Shown: one piece after another, positions 18,821 through 29,026 of the stretch
Numbering within the stretch: the stretch's first letter is position 1
Layout: the number at the start of each line of letters is the position of its first letter
Origin: Candidatus Roizmanbacteria bacterium
GTDB lineage: Bacteria; Patescibacteriota; Microgenomatia; UBA1406; HO2-37-13b
Direction of reading: 5' to 3'
DNA length: 49,889 nucleotides
NCBI GenBank assembly: GCA_038127095.1
Contig: JAYPGZ010000007.1
Coordinates: forward strand, 1-49,889
Position numbers and translations under genes: made by a program
Notes under the pieces: generated by a model
What the model saw: only the letters and a program-made list of their open reading frames with translations
What the model was told of the DNA's origin: nothing
Database searches by the model: none

Positions 18821-19396
18821 ATGACCGGACGAACTCATGATTTATTCGCATTTACTGCACTTTCCTGTATTCTGGCAACACAACCAATTCCTAAAATGTC
18901 TTTAGCCACTGGGCTCGTTGCACTTGGCGCATGTTTTATTGGTGGTCTTGCACCCGATATTGATCAGCCCACAGCAGATTTATGGAATCGTTTACCGGCA
19001 GGTTCGGTAATTGGGAGAATTTTTAGTCCATTCTTAGGAGGACATCGGTGGATTTCACATTCACTCATTGGAGTAGGGTTGTTTGCAATTGTTTCTCAAT
19101 TTTTACTCAATTTGATTGGGAACATATTATTAGTTGATACACACATTGTTTGGATTGCGTTTATGATCGGATTTGTATCTCATCTTGTGATTGATATGTT
19201 CACCAAAGAGGGGGTTGCGTGGCTTTTCCCGATTCCACTTCATTTTGGCATACCACCAATTCGAGCTTTACGGATAGTTTCAAGTGGTATGGTAGAAAAA
19301 TCTATCATTTTCCCCGGACTTTTGTTTTTTAATGTGTACCTCTATTCTCGATATTACAAAGTGTTTTATGCTCTGTTACGATCATTTGTATTGTAG
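18821..19396 (+). CDS. YdjM-like membrane-bound metal-dependent hydrolase
   Basis: MTGRTH, APDID, GHRWISHS and SHLVIDMFT motifs. Confidence 0.88.
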   Translation: MTGRTHDLFAFTALSCILATQPIPKMSLATGLVALGACFIGGLAPDIDQPTADLWNRLPAGSVIGRIFSPFLGGHRWISHSLIGVGLFAIVSQFLLNLIGNILLVDTHIVWIAFMIGFVSHLVIDMFTKEGVAWLFPIPLHFGIPPIRALRIVSSGMVEKSIIFPGLLFFNVYLYSRYYKVFYALLRSFVL

Positions 19397-19482
19397 GGTT
19401 GAGACATATGAGAAAGATAGTTGTTTTTTGCTTTACATCTATGGGCTTATTTCTGATATAATTGGTACTTCTTTGTAATATT

Positions 19483-21306
19483 ATGAATATTCGAAACATA
19501 GCCATTATTGCGCACGTTGATCATGGTAAAACCACATTGGTGGATGCGCTGTTGAAGCAAACACACACATTCCGTGACAATCAAAAGGAAATGGATCAAA
19601 CTTTGATTATGGATTCCAATGATTTGGAACGCGAAAAGGGAATTACGATTCTTGCTAAAAATACGAGTGTATTTTACAAAGGTGAAAAAATAAACATTAT
19701 CGATACTCCGGGACACGCAGATTTTGGAGGAGAAGTTGAGCGAACCATAAATATGGCAAGTGGTGCAATTTTGCTTGTAGATGCTGCAGAAGGCCCACTT
19801 CCTCAGACTCGATTTGTTCTAAAAAAAGCGCTTGAAGCAAAACTTAAAATTATTCTCGTTATTAATAAAATCGACAAAAAAGATGAGCGATCCGATGAAG
19901 TAATTCACGAAGTAGAAAACTTATTTCTAGAACTTGCTCACGACGAAGATGCACTGCATTTTACTACGCTTTTTGCGGTGGGGCGTGATGGAAAAGTGTT
20001 TTTGGAAAAACCAGAAAATTATTCTTCGGAAACACCGGGCGATTTGATTCCTCTATTTGACACTATACTTGCGCAAGTTCCAAATGCTGCAATAAACGAT
20101 GATAAACCGTTTCAAATGTTAATCTCTACCTTAGATCATGATTTGTATGTCGGAAAATTATGTATTGGAAAAGTAAATCAAGGAAAACTCACCAAGGGAT
20201 CTAAAATTGTTCTTCTTAACGAGACTGGTGTATTGGGAAGTTATACCGCTTCAAAGCTGTATACGAGTGAAGGGTTAGCACGTGTGGAAGTAGATGAAAT
20301 TACATCGGGTGATATTGTAGCGCTTGCCGGAATTCCAGAATTAACGATCGGTCAAACCGTTTCAGATCCCAGCAATCCTGTCGCATTACCGACAATTGAA
20401 ATTGAAGAGCCCACAATTAAAGTTACCATTGCTCCAAACACATCCCCACTTGGAGGAAAGGAAGGACAATTTACCACTTCGCGACAAATTCGTGAACGGT
20501 TAATGAAAGAAATGCAAACTAATTTGGGATTACGTTTTGAAGATGATCCAGAGCGAGGAGGATTTATGGTCAGTGGTCGAGGTGAACTACATTTAGCAAT
20601 CCTTATTGAAACAATGCGACGCGAAGGGTTTGAACTTGAGGTTTCTCGCCCCCAGGTAATTTATAAAAAAATCGACGGAGAAACGTGCGAACCGTATGAA
20701 GAAGTCACGATTGATGTGCATAAAGATCACATGGGAGCAGTGAGTGAAGAGCTTGGAAAGCGAAAAGCGCAAATGATTGACCTTATTACCGATCGCAGTG
20801 AGCACGTTCGTATGATTTATAAAATTTCGAGTCAAAATTTAATTGGAATTCGAAGCTCGTTGCTTACCAAAACTCGCGGTACGCTTGTCATGAGCTCGTA
20901 CTTACTTGGCTATGAAAAAAAAGGAAGCAATATGGAATCAATTCGTAATGGTGCGCTTATTGCTACACAATCAGGACCTTCAATGACTTATGGCTTGATA
21001 AACGCGCAAGAACGCGGAACAATGTTTATTGGCCCAACCGTGCAAGTGTATGAAGGAATGGTGGTTGGACTTGCTTCCCGTGAAGATGATGTTGAGGTGA
21101 ATGTATGTCGCGAAAAAAAGCTTACTAATAATCGCTCATCGGGAGAAGGAGTTTCTGTTGCATTGATTCCCCCAACTATCCTTTCCCTTGAGCAATGTCT
21201 AGATTTTATTGGTGACGATGAATTGTTGGAAGTAACTCCATTGAATTTGCGTATTCGTAAACGATATCTTACTCAGAGTGCTCGAAAAGTGGCGGAACGA
21301 CGATAA
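19483..21306 (+). CDS. typA: Translational GTPase TypA/BipA
   Basis: AHVDHGKTTLVD, EREKGITILAK, DTPGHADFGGEVER, NKID and GRGELHL motifs. Confidence 0.97.
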   Translation: MNIRNIAIIAHVDHGKTTLVDALLKQTHTFRDNQKEMDQTLIMDSNDLEREKGITILAKNTSVFYKGEKINIIDTPGHADFGGEVERTINMASGAILLVDAAEGPLPQTRFVLKKALEAKLKIILVINKIDKKDERSDEVIHEVENLFLELAHDEDALHFTTLFAVGRDGKVFLEKPENYSSETPGDLIPLFDTILAQVPNAAINDDKPFQMLISTLDHDLYVGKLCIGKVNQGKLTKGSKIVLLNETGVLGSYTASKLYTSEGLARVEVDEITSGDIVALAGIPELTIGQTVSDPSNPVALPTIEIEEPTIKVTIAPNTSPLGGKEGQFTTSRQIRERLMKEMQTNLGLRFEDDPERGGFMVSGRGELHLAILIETMRREGFELEVSRPQVIYKKIDGETCEPYEEVTIDVHKDHMGAVSEELGKRKAQMIDLITDRSEHVRMIYKISSQNLIGIRSSLLTKTRGTLVMSSYLLGYEKKGSNMESIRNGALIATQSGPSMTYGLINAQERGTMFIGPTVQVYEGMVVGLASREDDVEVNVCREKKLTNNRSSGEGVSVALIPPTILSLEQCLDFIGDDELLEVTPLNLRIRKRYLTQSARKVAERR

Positions 21307-21326
21307 CTTCTTCTTTTGCATGCCCG

Positions 21327-21355
21327 TTGACAATGGTCGTATGTTCCTTTATTAT
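21327..21355 (+). promoter_or_regulatory. Sigma70-type promoter TTGACA-N17-TATTAT
   Basis: The -10 box ends 7 nt before the ATG at 21363. Confidence 0.65.
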
Positions 21356-21362
21356 CGAATTA

Positions 21363-22160
21363 ATGGACGACATTGCTCAAGTAAAGAGTCATATTGCAGG
21401 ACAGCGGTTAATGCTATGGATTTTAGTTGGATTTATTTCTTTCTTTGTTGTGCTCCTCATAATTTCTACTCGTTCATTGCAGGAACAAGCAGTGAGCACA
21501 TCTTCTCGCGCAGCAGAGAATAAACCTAAAGTTGTGTTAAATAAAGCTGCAAGTACCGATGGGGCAAATAGTTGTATTGCTTCCATTACAGATCTTGCAT
21601 TCAAACAAGCTATTGGGGGCGAATCATGTTATTCAAGAGCAAGCTTTACTTGTGTAGGAGGTGAAAATAATGGTAGAAAATTTTCACAAGATGCACCACC
21701 CCAGAGCGGAGGATGTCTGTCGCGTGATAAATGGATTGATGTAGCAAATACGAGTTGTGGATGTGGAAAAGATTCAGGAAGCTGTTCATATAAAAAAATT
21801 GATTTTAGAACGACGGGGATAGTTCGTGAAAGTATTTCATGTAATCGAGCAAGTATTGCAACATGTAATTATGAAGCGGCAATAACTTGTCAAGACAATA
21901 AGGAATATAGAGCGTTCAGGCCTACTTGCATGGGTTCAAGAATTAATAAAGATAAAAGTCCCGATACGTGGGATTTTTACGCTAATATGATTTGCTGTTA
22001 CAATATCGGTAAACCGGCTTGTAGAGAATTTGCTTTAAACGATTACGGAATATGCAGTGCATATTGCGCTGCTCGAAATTCAAAATGTGTTCCTGGTGGA
22101 GAAATAGGACTACAATGTGAAAATCAAAATTGTCCTGGTCGAGTTACTCCTGTTCCATAA
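21363..22160 (+). CDS. Single-pass membrane protein with Cys-rich ectodomain
   Basis: TM helix, STSSRAAE linker, 19 Cys and an internal repeat. Confidence 0.78.
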   Translation: MDDIAQVKSHIAGQRLMLWILVGFISFFVVLLIISTRSLQEQAVSTSSRAAENKPKVVLNKAASTDGANSCIASITDLAFKQAIGGESCYSRASFTCVGGENNGRKFSQDAPPQSGGCLSRDKWIDVANTSCGCGKDSGSCSYKKIDFRTTGIVRESISCNRASIATCNYEAAITCQDNKEYRAFRPTCMGSRINKDKSPDTWDFYANMICCYNIGKPACREFALNDYGICSAYCAARNSKCVPGGEIGLQCENQNCPGRVTPVP

Positions 22161-22788
22161 TACATTCACTCCATAATCCAGTATTATTTTCTTGTGCTTT
22201 TTCTTGAGCTTTGATAAATGTTTCTTTATAGCGTAAATCGGGAGGATAATTTTTTGCGATAGCAAAACCCGATTCTACGAGTTGTTGATTGATAAAAATA
22301 GAATCAATATAAACATATCTCAATAATCTACCGAAGCGATCGGTTTCTGAAATATCCTTTTCCATCCGTACTTGTTTGTTGAGAATTAAGTCGCTCAGTT
22401 TTTGAGCGGCCTGCGTTCCAAAACATTCGGGACGTAAACGATTGGATGTATTTAGTTCTGGCGTGTCAACACCAATGAGTCGTACTATTTGCTTTGTTTC
22501 AATTTCAAACGTATCGCCATCGATAATGCGGGTAACAAGTGACATTTCGTTTTTTGGGAAGGTCGGTTTAAGAGCAGGTTTTGTATCAGGCGCACCGTTT
22601 AGTTTGCGATTAAATGTCTTTGGGGAAGATATGTTTTGAGATATGTTTGGATCTCGGGAGTCGTCGTGTGAAACAATAGTTTTTTCAGGATGCGCTTTTT
22701 GATAGTGGTATGAGTATAGAATTCCAAAAATTAAGGTAGCGAAAATAGCAACAACTAGAGCAATGCTCAGTTTCTGTTTAAGTAACAT
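22144..22788 (-). CDS. Membrane-anchored thermonuclease (SNase family)
   Basis: IIDGDTF, VRLIGVDTPE, DRFGRLLRYV and GLW motifs; N-terminal TM. Confidence 0.92.
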   Translation of the reverse strand: MLLKQKLSIALVVAIFATLIFGILYSYHYQKAHPEKTIVSHDDSRDPNISQNISSPKTFNRKLNGAPDTKPALKPTFPKNEMSLVTRIIDGDTFEIETKQIVRLIGVDTPELNTSNRLRPECFGTQAAQKLSDLILNKQVRMEKDISETDRFGRLLRYVYIDSIFINQQLVESGFAIAKNYPPDLRYKETFIKAQEKAQENNTGLWSECIMEQE

Positions 22789-22790
22789 AG

Positions 22791-23660
22791 TCAGGCAATA
22801 GTATACACCTGGTTTTTGCAAGTTATCATTCCTTCTTTCTGAAGTGAAGCAAGAATTTCAACAGTTTCAAATTCCTCCCGGTTAATGAGTGATAGTAATT
22901 CGTTTTTAGAGATCGTCCCTCGTTGTAATAATAATCGAATTATTTCCCCACGTACTTGTCTTTTTGATCCTTCAAATTTACTTTGTTTGGAATACGAATT
23001 ACTTTTCCGAGAAGGATTTTTAAAATGTTTTTTTATATATACCCCGTAATCCATAAGCGAATAATACCAATCTTGAGGAGTTATTGTTGTTTGTGTGGAA
23101 ACGTTTGTGTGAAGCGCGCGCGTTACGAGCGGCAAAATATCTTTATCGTTTATCGAATTTTTATCTGCAAAAAAATGATGAATGAAAACAGTTCTTATAT
23201 TGGTTTCAATAAAAACCACTGGTTTATTAAATGCAAACGCTACAATGGCACAGGCGGTGTTATATCCTATGCCTGGAAAAGTTGTGAGGATCTCTATATC
23301 GTCTGGAATAGTACCGTTATATGTAGTGGTGATTTTTTCTGCAGTTTTTTTTAGAAATAATCCGCGGCGATTATATCCTAAACCTTGCCATTGTCGTAGC
23401 ACTTCTTCATTTGATGCTGAAGCAAGCGATTGTATAGTTGGAAATACTTTTATAAATTCCTTGTATTTTTCTGTCACTCGAGAAGTTTGGGTTTGTTGTA
23501 GCATTATTTCTGAAACTAAAATAAAATATGGATTTTGAATATTTCTCCATGGAAAATGGCGTTTATGAAAATGGTAAAAGTCTATGACCAATTTTTTGAA
23601 AGCGGCCAGAGATTTTTCGGGGTGAAATTGCCGATAGGGGTCAGGTATGACAGGGCGCAT
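22791..23660 (-). CDS. mutY: A/G-specific adenine glycosylase MutY (no Fe-S Cys motif)
   Basis: FPWR, VSEIMLQQT, WQGLGYNRR and HhH (FPGIGYNTA) motifs. Confidence 0.9.
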   Translation of the reverse strand: MRPVIPDPYRQFHPEKSLAAFKKLVIDFYHFHKRHFPWRNIQNPYFILVSEIMLQQTQTSRVTEKYKEFIKVFPTIQSLASASNEEVLRQWQGLGYNRRGLFLKKTAEKITTTYNGTIPDDIEILTTFPGIGYNTACAIVAFAFNKPVVFIETNIRTVFIHHFFADKNSINDKDILPLVTRALHTNVSTQTTITPQDWYYSLMDYGVYIKKHFKNPSRKSNSYSKQSKFEGSKRQVRGEIIRLLLQRGTISKNELLSLINREEFETVEILASLQKEGMITCKNQVYTIA

Positions 23661-24190
23661 TATTTCTTATAGACAACAACTGACTTGATTTCTGAATTTG
23701 GTAAAAAAATTGCATTCCCTTTGGAATCTTTGAGTTCGGTTGTACGAAGGTTAATTTTTTGCACGTCACCTTTTGTGTCGTTTATTTTTACAGAATCGCC
23801 GATATTGTATTGATTTTCTACAATAATAAAAAATCCAGAAATTAAATCTCGTACTATGGTTTGTGCGCCAAATGAAATTGCTAGTCCGATAATGCCAGCG
23901 CCCGTAATAATTGGAGTTACATCGAGTCCAAGTTTTCTCATGGAAATTAATAGTGCCATGCTTAGAATAATAAACATAACAGAATTGTTTATTAAATTCT
24001 CCATAGTGTTGAGTCGCGAAACGTAGGAGGTTAATCGTGATCTGCTTTTGAGGCCTGTAAAAAATAATCTAACTGCTCGTTGAAAAATAAGGATAATTGA
24101 CAAGCTTGCCATGAAAATAATCGTGATCTGAATTGCTTTTTCTATTGCTGCAGGGGAGAGTCGAAGCACTAGTTTGTTGTAGTAGTCCAT
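23660..24190 (-). CDS. mscS: MscS-family mechanosensitive channel (short)
   Basis: AGIIGLAISFGAQ, DLISGF, GDSVKI and PNS motifs. Confidence 0.9.
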   Translation of the reverse strand: MDYYNKLVLRLSPAAIEKAIQITIIFMASLSIILIFQRAVRLFFTGLKSRSRLTSYVSRLNTMENLINNSVMFIILSMALLISMRKLGLDVTPIITGAGIIGLAISFGAQTIVRDLISGFFIIVENQYNIGDSVKINDTKGDVQKINLRTTELKDSKGNAIFLPNSEIKSVVVYKK

Positions 24191-24192
24191 GG

Positions 24193-24756
24193 TTAAGATA
24201 CCCGTTCTACATATTCTCCAGTTTCAGGGTTTACTACGATTGTATCACCTTTTTTAATGAAAAGGGGAACTTTTACGGTAATACCTGTTTCCAACGTTAC
24301 ATCTTTTCTTGCATTGGTTGCGGTGTCACCTTTTACTGCGTCATCGGCTTGGGTTACAACAAGACGTACACTTTGTGGGGGTCGAACGCTGAAGGGCTCA
24401 TCGTTATACATGAGAATATAAATCAGGTCGCCTTCTTTCAAAAAGTCGGCCAAATTATCGGTTTTCTTACTATCAACTTCAAGTTGCTCATATGTTACAG
24501 GATTCATGAAATAGAGTTTGGTGGCATCTTTATATAAGTATTGTCCTTGTACTTGTTCAATATCGGGAATTTCGTATTCAAAATTTGACTTCGTACCGTT
24601 TTCAATTGTTGTTCCTTTTAATACGTTGCGGATCCGTGCAGATACGTTAGCAGAACCCCGTCCTTGGTAATTAAATTCGGTTTTTTGAACCTGCCAAATT
24701 TCTCCATTGTGAAGAATATAATCTCCTTTTTTTAAAGCACTTGCTTCTTTTTTCAT
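24193..24756 (-). CDS. efp: Elongation factor P
   Basis: QYLY, FMNPVTYEQ, KGDTAT, LETG..VKVPLFIKKGD and GEYVER motifs. Confidence 0.95.
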   Translation of the reverse strand: MKKEASALKKGDYILHNGEIWQVQKTEFNYQGRGSANVSARIRNVLKGTTIENGTKSNFEYEIPDIEQVQGQYLYKDATKLYFMNPVTYEQLEVDSKKTDNLADFLKEGDLIYILMYNDEPFSVRPPQSVRLVVTQADDAVKGDTATNARKDVTLETGITVKVPLFIKKGDTIVVNPETGEYVERVS

Positions 24757-24916
24757 AGTATATTATCTCAATTTAATTTCGCTCGATATCCTATTTTTCA
24801 ACCATAGTGAGCCTACCTCAATTTTAGTAACAATCAAAGTAGCAGTTTCAAATGGTCTCAAAATAGATATCTCGCTCATTGAATTCTAGAAGATATTATA
24901 CTATAAAACCGGGGTT

Positions 24917-25765
24917 TCACGCATCTAATTCTTCAATCAGCTCTTTCTGGCGACCCGTTAGGCGTTCGGGGATTTTGATTTTAAAAATTACGTATTGATC
25001 GCCGTGTCGATTTGAATTTGGATATGCAAGTCCTTTTCCTGCAAGTCGAACCGCTGAATTTGGTTGTGTTCCTGCTCGTACTTTTAATTTTATTCCTTTT
25101 TTATCAAGCGACGGTACGGTAACTTCTCCACCAAGGATTGCAATTTTTAAAGATAATGGAAATTCAATATATACGTCTTGACCTTCGCGTTTAAAATCAC
25201 GACTTGGTCGTACTTGTACTGAAATGTCAAAATCGGAAAATCGAATCCGTGAGCCAGAATCAACTCCTGCTGGAATTTTTATTGTTTTACGTTCTTTATT
25301 AATTTCAAATGTTTTAGCAACTCCCGTAACTGCTTCCTCAAAAGTAATGTCTATTTGATACACAGGATGCGCCTGGCGTCGACCTTGTTGAGCACCGAAT
25401 CCAAAGAATTGTTCAAAAATATCAAAAGGGTCCGAGCCACCAAATCCTTCGAAAGGATTTCCTCCAGAAGTTGAATATGTGTAGGTAAACGGTCCGCCTT
25501 GTTGTCCGCCAAATGGGTTTGCACCACTTGCAGAATTCCCTCCGCGTGCATTAAAGTTGTCATGACCAACCTGGTCATACATTTGTTTTTTGTTGGAATC
25601 CGACAAAACTTCGTAGGCCTGATTTATTTCTTTGAATTTACTTTCTGCCCCTGCTTCTTTATTACGATCTGGGTGCCATTTCAGTGCTAATTTCCGATAT
25701 GCCGCCTTAATCTGCGCTGCGGTTGCACTCTTTGAAACACCCAGAACATCGTAATAACTTGCCAT
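24917..25765 (-). CDS. dnaJ: DnaJ-family co-chaperone lacking the Zn finger (class B)
   Basis: J-domain with HPD, G/F-rich linker and C-terminal domain; no CxxCxGxG repeats. Confidence 0.9.
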   Translation of the reverse strand: MASYYDVLGVSKSATAAQIKAAYRKLALKWHPDRNKEAGAESKFKEINQAYEVLSDSNKKQMYDQVGHDNFNARGGNSASGANPFGGQQGGPFTYTYSTSGGNPFEGFGGSDPFDIFEQFFGFGAQQGRRQAHPVYQIDITFEEAVTGVAKTFEINKERKTIKIPAGVDSGSRIRFSDFDISVQVRPSRDFKREGQDVYIEFPLSLKIAILGGEVTVPSLDKKGIKLKVRAGTQPNSAVRLAGKGLAYPNSNRHGDQYVIFKIKIPERLTGRQKELIEELDA

Positions 25766-25770
25766 AAAAC

Positions 25771-27669
25771 TTAGGAGACGACTTCTCCTTCTTCAACGTC
25801 TGCTTTTTTTTGGTCACCAACGGTCTCACTTTCGCCTGGTGTACCATCTGCAGGAGTAGCAGATGCATTGTCAGCACTCTGCTTACTCATGTGTTCGCCA
25901 ATTTTTTGTAGTGATGTTGAAAGTTCGCTTGATTTGGCATCTATATCTTCCTTAGATCCTGTTTCAAGAATATCTTTTAAGGCTTTCATTTTGTCCTCAA
26001 TCTCGGTTTTAAGTTCTGCCGGAACTTTGTCGCCAGCATCCTTAAGAGATTTTTCGGACGTAAAGAGTAAATTGTCTGCCATGTTTCGAGCAGTAATTTT
26101 TTCTACTTCTGCTTTATCTTCATCGGCATGCTTTTCAGCTTCCTCTTTCATCTTCTCAATTTCATCTTTGGTAAGACCTGTTGAGCCGGTGATTTTAATA
26201 CTTTGTTCTTTTCCAGTTGCTTTGTCTTTAGCTGTTACGGTAAGAATTCCGTTTGCATCAAGGTCAAAGGTAACCTCTACCTGAGGAATACCTCGGGGTG
26301 CAGGTGGAATTCCTTCCAAAACAAATCGACCAAGCGATTTATTATCGCGAGCAAGTGGGCGTTCACCTTGCAAAATGTGAATTTCAACCTGCGTTTGATT
26401 GTCGGCAGCAGTTGAAAAAACTTCTGATTTAGATGTTGGCACCGAAGTATTTTTATTAATTAATGCAGTGGTGACTCCACCCAAGGTTTCCAAACCAAGG
26501 GTTAGTGGAGTTACATCTAAAAGTACTACGTCTTTAACTTCGCCTCCTATAATGCCTGCTTGAATTGCTGCACCAATTGCAACTGCTTCATCAGGATTTA
26601 CCGACTTGTTTGGTTCCTTGCTAAAGAACTCTTTTACCTTTTCCTGAATGAGGGGCATGCGTGTCATGCCTCCAACCAAGATGACTTCATTAATATCTTT
26701 TTTATCAATTTTAGAATCCTTAAGCGCTTCCTTGACTGGTTCAAATGATTTTTCAACTAGTGCGGAAACGATTGATTCAAATTTAGCGCGTGTAATTTTG
26801 GTAACAAAGTGCAATGGTTGTCCATCTTTGACCGTTACAAATGGTAAGTTGATTTCGCTTTCCATTGAGCTTGAAAGCTCGATTTTTGCTTTTTCGGAAG
26901 CATCGCGCAATCGTTGTAGTGCCTGAACGTCTTTGGAAAGATCAATTCCATGTTCGTTTTTGAATTCGCTGACTAAATAGTCAACAAGTGATTTGTCAAA
27001 ATCGTCTCCTCCCAAATGCGTATCACCATTTGTAGACTTGACTTCAAAAACACCTTCTCCAAGCTCTAAAATGGTAATATCAAATGTTCCTCCTCCAAAG
27101 TCGTAAACGGCGATATTGTGAGCATCTTTACGGTCAAGTCCATACGCGAGTGCTGCAGCAGTAGGCTCGTTTACAATACGAATTACTTCCAAACCAGCAA
27201 TTTCTCCGGCTTGTTTGGTTGCTTGTCGTTGCGCATCATCAAAGTATGCCGGAACGGTAATTACTGCCTTATCTACCGTTTCACCTAAGTAGTCTTCTGC
27301 ATCCTTTTTCGCTTTTGCCAAAATCATCGATGAAACTTCTTGCGGTGTATATTCTTTTCCTTCAACTGAAACAACCGCCATGCCATCACGGCCTTCTTTA
27401 ACAGTGTAGGGAAGCCACTTTATGTCTTTTTGAACAGAAGTATCGTTAAATTTACGACCGACTAATCGCTTAATTGAAAATATAACCTCTTTTGGCTTCA
27501 TAACCATTTGACGTTTTGCAACATCGCCAACGACGCGGCTTTTTGGATCCACGACTGATGGAATGGTATTTCGACCTTCTTTTGAATGAATAATTTTTGG
27601 TTTGCCGGCTTCCATTACGGCAACGACTGAATTTGTTGTTCCTAAATCAATACCGATTGTTTTTGCCAT
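25771..27669 (-). CDS. dnaK: Hsp70 chaperone DnaK
   Basis: [23 protein letters not shown] and NPDEAVA motifs. Confidence 0.98.
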   Translation of the reverse strand: MAKTIGIDLGTTNSVVAVMEAGKPKIIHSKEGRNTIPSVVDPKSRVVGDVAKRQMVMKPKEVIFSIKRLVGRKFNDTSVQKDIKWLPYTVKEGRDGMAVVSVEGKEYTPQEVSSMILAKAKKDAEDYLGETVDKAVITVPAYFDDAQRQATKQAGEIAGLEVIRIVNEPTAAALAYGLDRKDAHNIAVYDFGGGTFDITILELGEGVFEVKSTNGDTHLGGDDFDKSLVDYLVSEFKNEHGIDLSKDVQALQRLRDASEKAKIELSSSMESEINLPFVTVKDGQPLHFVTKITRAKFESIVSALVEKSFEPVKEALKDSKIDKKDINEVILVGGMTRMPLIQEKVKEFFSKEPNKSVNPDEAVAIGAAIQAGIIGGEVKDVVLLDVTPLTLGLETLGGVTTALINKNTSVPTSKSEVFSTAADNQTQVEIHILQGERPLARDNKSLGRFVLEGIPPAPRGIPQVEVTFDLDANGILTVTAKDKATGKEQSIKITGSTGLTKDEIEKMKEEAEKHADEDKAEVEKITARNMADNLLFTSEKSLKDAGDKVPAELKTEIEDKMKALKDILETGSKEDIDAKSSELSTSLQKIGEHMSKQSADNASATPADGTPGESETVGDQKKADVEEGEVVS

Positions 27670-27698
27670 ATTATTTGATTTAATTAATAATTATATTA

Positions 27699-27788
27699 TG
27701 TCATTCTGAGCTCCGCCAGCTGGCGGAAGCGAAGAATCTCAGTCTAGTTTTTAACACCTAGATCCTTCACCTTCGGTTCAGGATGACA
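27699..27788. repeat. 90-bp composite palindromic element (REP/RPE-like doublet) with nested 16-bp palindrome
   Basis: Terminal IR tgtcattctga/tcaggatgaca, inner IR gaagaatct/agatccttc, and perfect palindrome tccgccagctggcgga at 27712-27727. Confidence 0.85.
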
Positions 27789-28272
27789 CTTTAACTTGTG
27801 CATGACGCAGTACTTCGTCATGCAATGTGTATCCATTTCTAACAACTTCCGCAACCATATTTGGTTTTTTTCCTGCTACCATCTCTATTACTTCTGCAGT
27901 GTATGGGTCATATTCTTTCCCTACAAGATCCATTTGTTTTACTCCTTCACTTGCTAACAGTTTCTGAAATTCATCTTTGACTAGCTTTAATCCGGGGTCT
28001 TTTACAAAGACTTCCGCTTGATTAATTACATCTAAGATGTCAATTAGTTTTAGTAGTATCTTTTTATTTGCTCGTTTATTTATGTCGGCTGTTTGATTTT
28101 CTGTTCTTCTTTCTAAATTTTCGTAATCAGCAAGCGCTCGTAAATATTTGTTTTTCCAGATCATCGATTCATCTGCGACTCTCTCTACAACCTGTTCATC
28201 GACAGTATTATCATGCTGATCTTGTTTTAACATCACATCCTCCTCGGGAACGTCATTTGTGTGTTTTTTCAT
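27778..28272 (-). CDS. grpE: Nucleotide exchange factor GrpE
   Basis: YLRALADYENLERR, YDPYTAE and GYTLHDEVLRHAQVKV motifs. Confidence 0.95.
   Translation of the reverse strand: MKKHTNDVPEEDVMLKQDQHDNTVDEQVVERVADESMIWKNKYLRALADYENLERRTENQTADINKRANKKILLKLIDILDVINQAEVFVKDPGLKLVKDEFQKLLASEGVKQMDLVGKEYDPYTAEVIEMVAGKKPNMVAEVVRNGYTLHDEVLRHAQVKVSS
28209..28236 (-). repeat. Degenerate in-frame copy of the palindromic repeat (encodes VMLKQDQHD in GrpE)
   Basis: 22/28 identity to the reverse complement of 29979-30006. Confidence 0.7.
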
Positions 28273-28997
28273 AATCCTTCTTGTTCTACTATTGTATTAA
28301 TTAAATTAGTAACGTATCGAACGCTGGGAACCACGATGTCATATCGCATTCGTCGTGGTCCCATAACACCGATGGCACCATTTATATGCTTACCCTTAAA
28401 TTCTCCAAAAACTGAAGCGCTTATGCTGGCGCTGTCTTGTTCTTCGAACATAAATAATAATTCATTTTCAATTCGTGCAAGTTCCTGTAGAACGGAATTG
28501 CAAAATGCATCCTCATCAAAACGACTAAATATTGAGCGTGCTTCAGTAATATCTTGGAATTCTCGATTTGCAAGCAGGTTATTGATTCCAAAATAATAAA
28601 TATCACCTCGGTCAGTGGTGGTTACAGCCAATAATCCAGTTCGGCGTGCCAATACCCGCGTTGCTGTTTGCAACAGTTCGCTCATATCGTGTTTATGGTC
28701 CCAAACATCGTTCTTATACGATACTTCATCGGTGGTAGAAAGCTCTTTTTCCTGCATTAAATTGTTAATATAAAACCGAAAAGCTTTGGCTGTTGGCACA
28801 CGGCCCGATGAGAAATGTTCCTTTTTGAGATACCCCTTTTTAGAGAGTTCCACCATCTCGTTGCGAATAGTCGCAGGCGAGACGCCCAAATTGTATTTCT
28901 TATCTAGAATTTCCGAGCCAACAGCCTCACCTTTATCGGTGTACTGGGCAATGATTGTCTTTAAAATTTCGGTCTGCCGAGGCGTTAGGTCATCCAT
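28269..28997 (-). CDS. hrcA: Heat-inducible transcription repressor HrcA
   Basis: LTPRQ, VGS, SPATIRNEM, HFSSGRVPT and GVMGPRRMRY motifs. Confidence 0.95.
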   Translation of the reverse strand: MDDLTPRQTEILKTIIAQYTDKGEAVGSEILDKKYNLGVSPATIRNEMVELSKKGYLKKEHFSSGRVPTAKAFRFYINNLMQEKELSTTDEVSYKNDVWDHKHDMSELLQTATRVLARRTGLLAVTTTDRGDIYYFGINNLLANREFQDITEARSIFSRFDEDAFCNSVLQELARIENELLFMFEEQDSASISASVFGEFKGKHINGAIGVMGPRRMRYDIVVPSVRYVTNLINTIVEQEGL

Positions 28998-28999
28998 AA

Positions 29000-29026
29000 T
29001 TAGCACTAGTCTACACCCTCTGCTAA
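29000..29026 (-). promoter_or_regulatory. CIRCE operator
   Basis: TTAGCAGAG-N9-TAGTGCTAA (consensus TTAGCACTC-N9-GAGTGCTAA), 2 nt upstream of the hrcA ATG. Confidence 0.88.
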
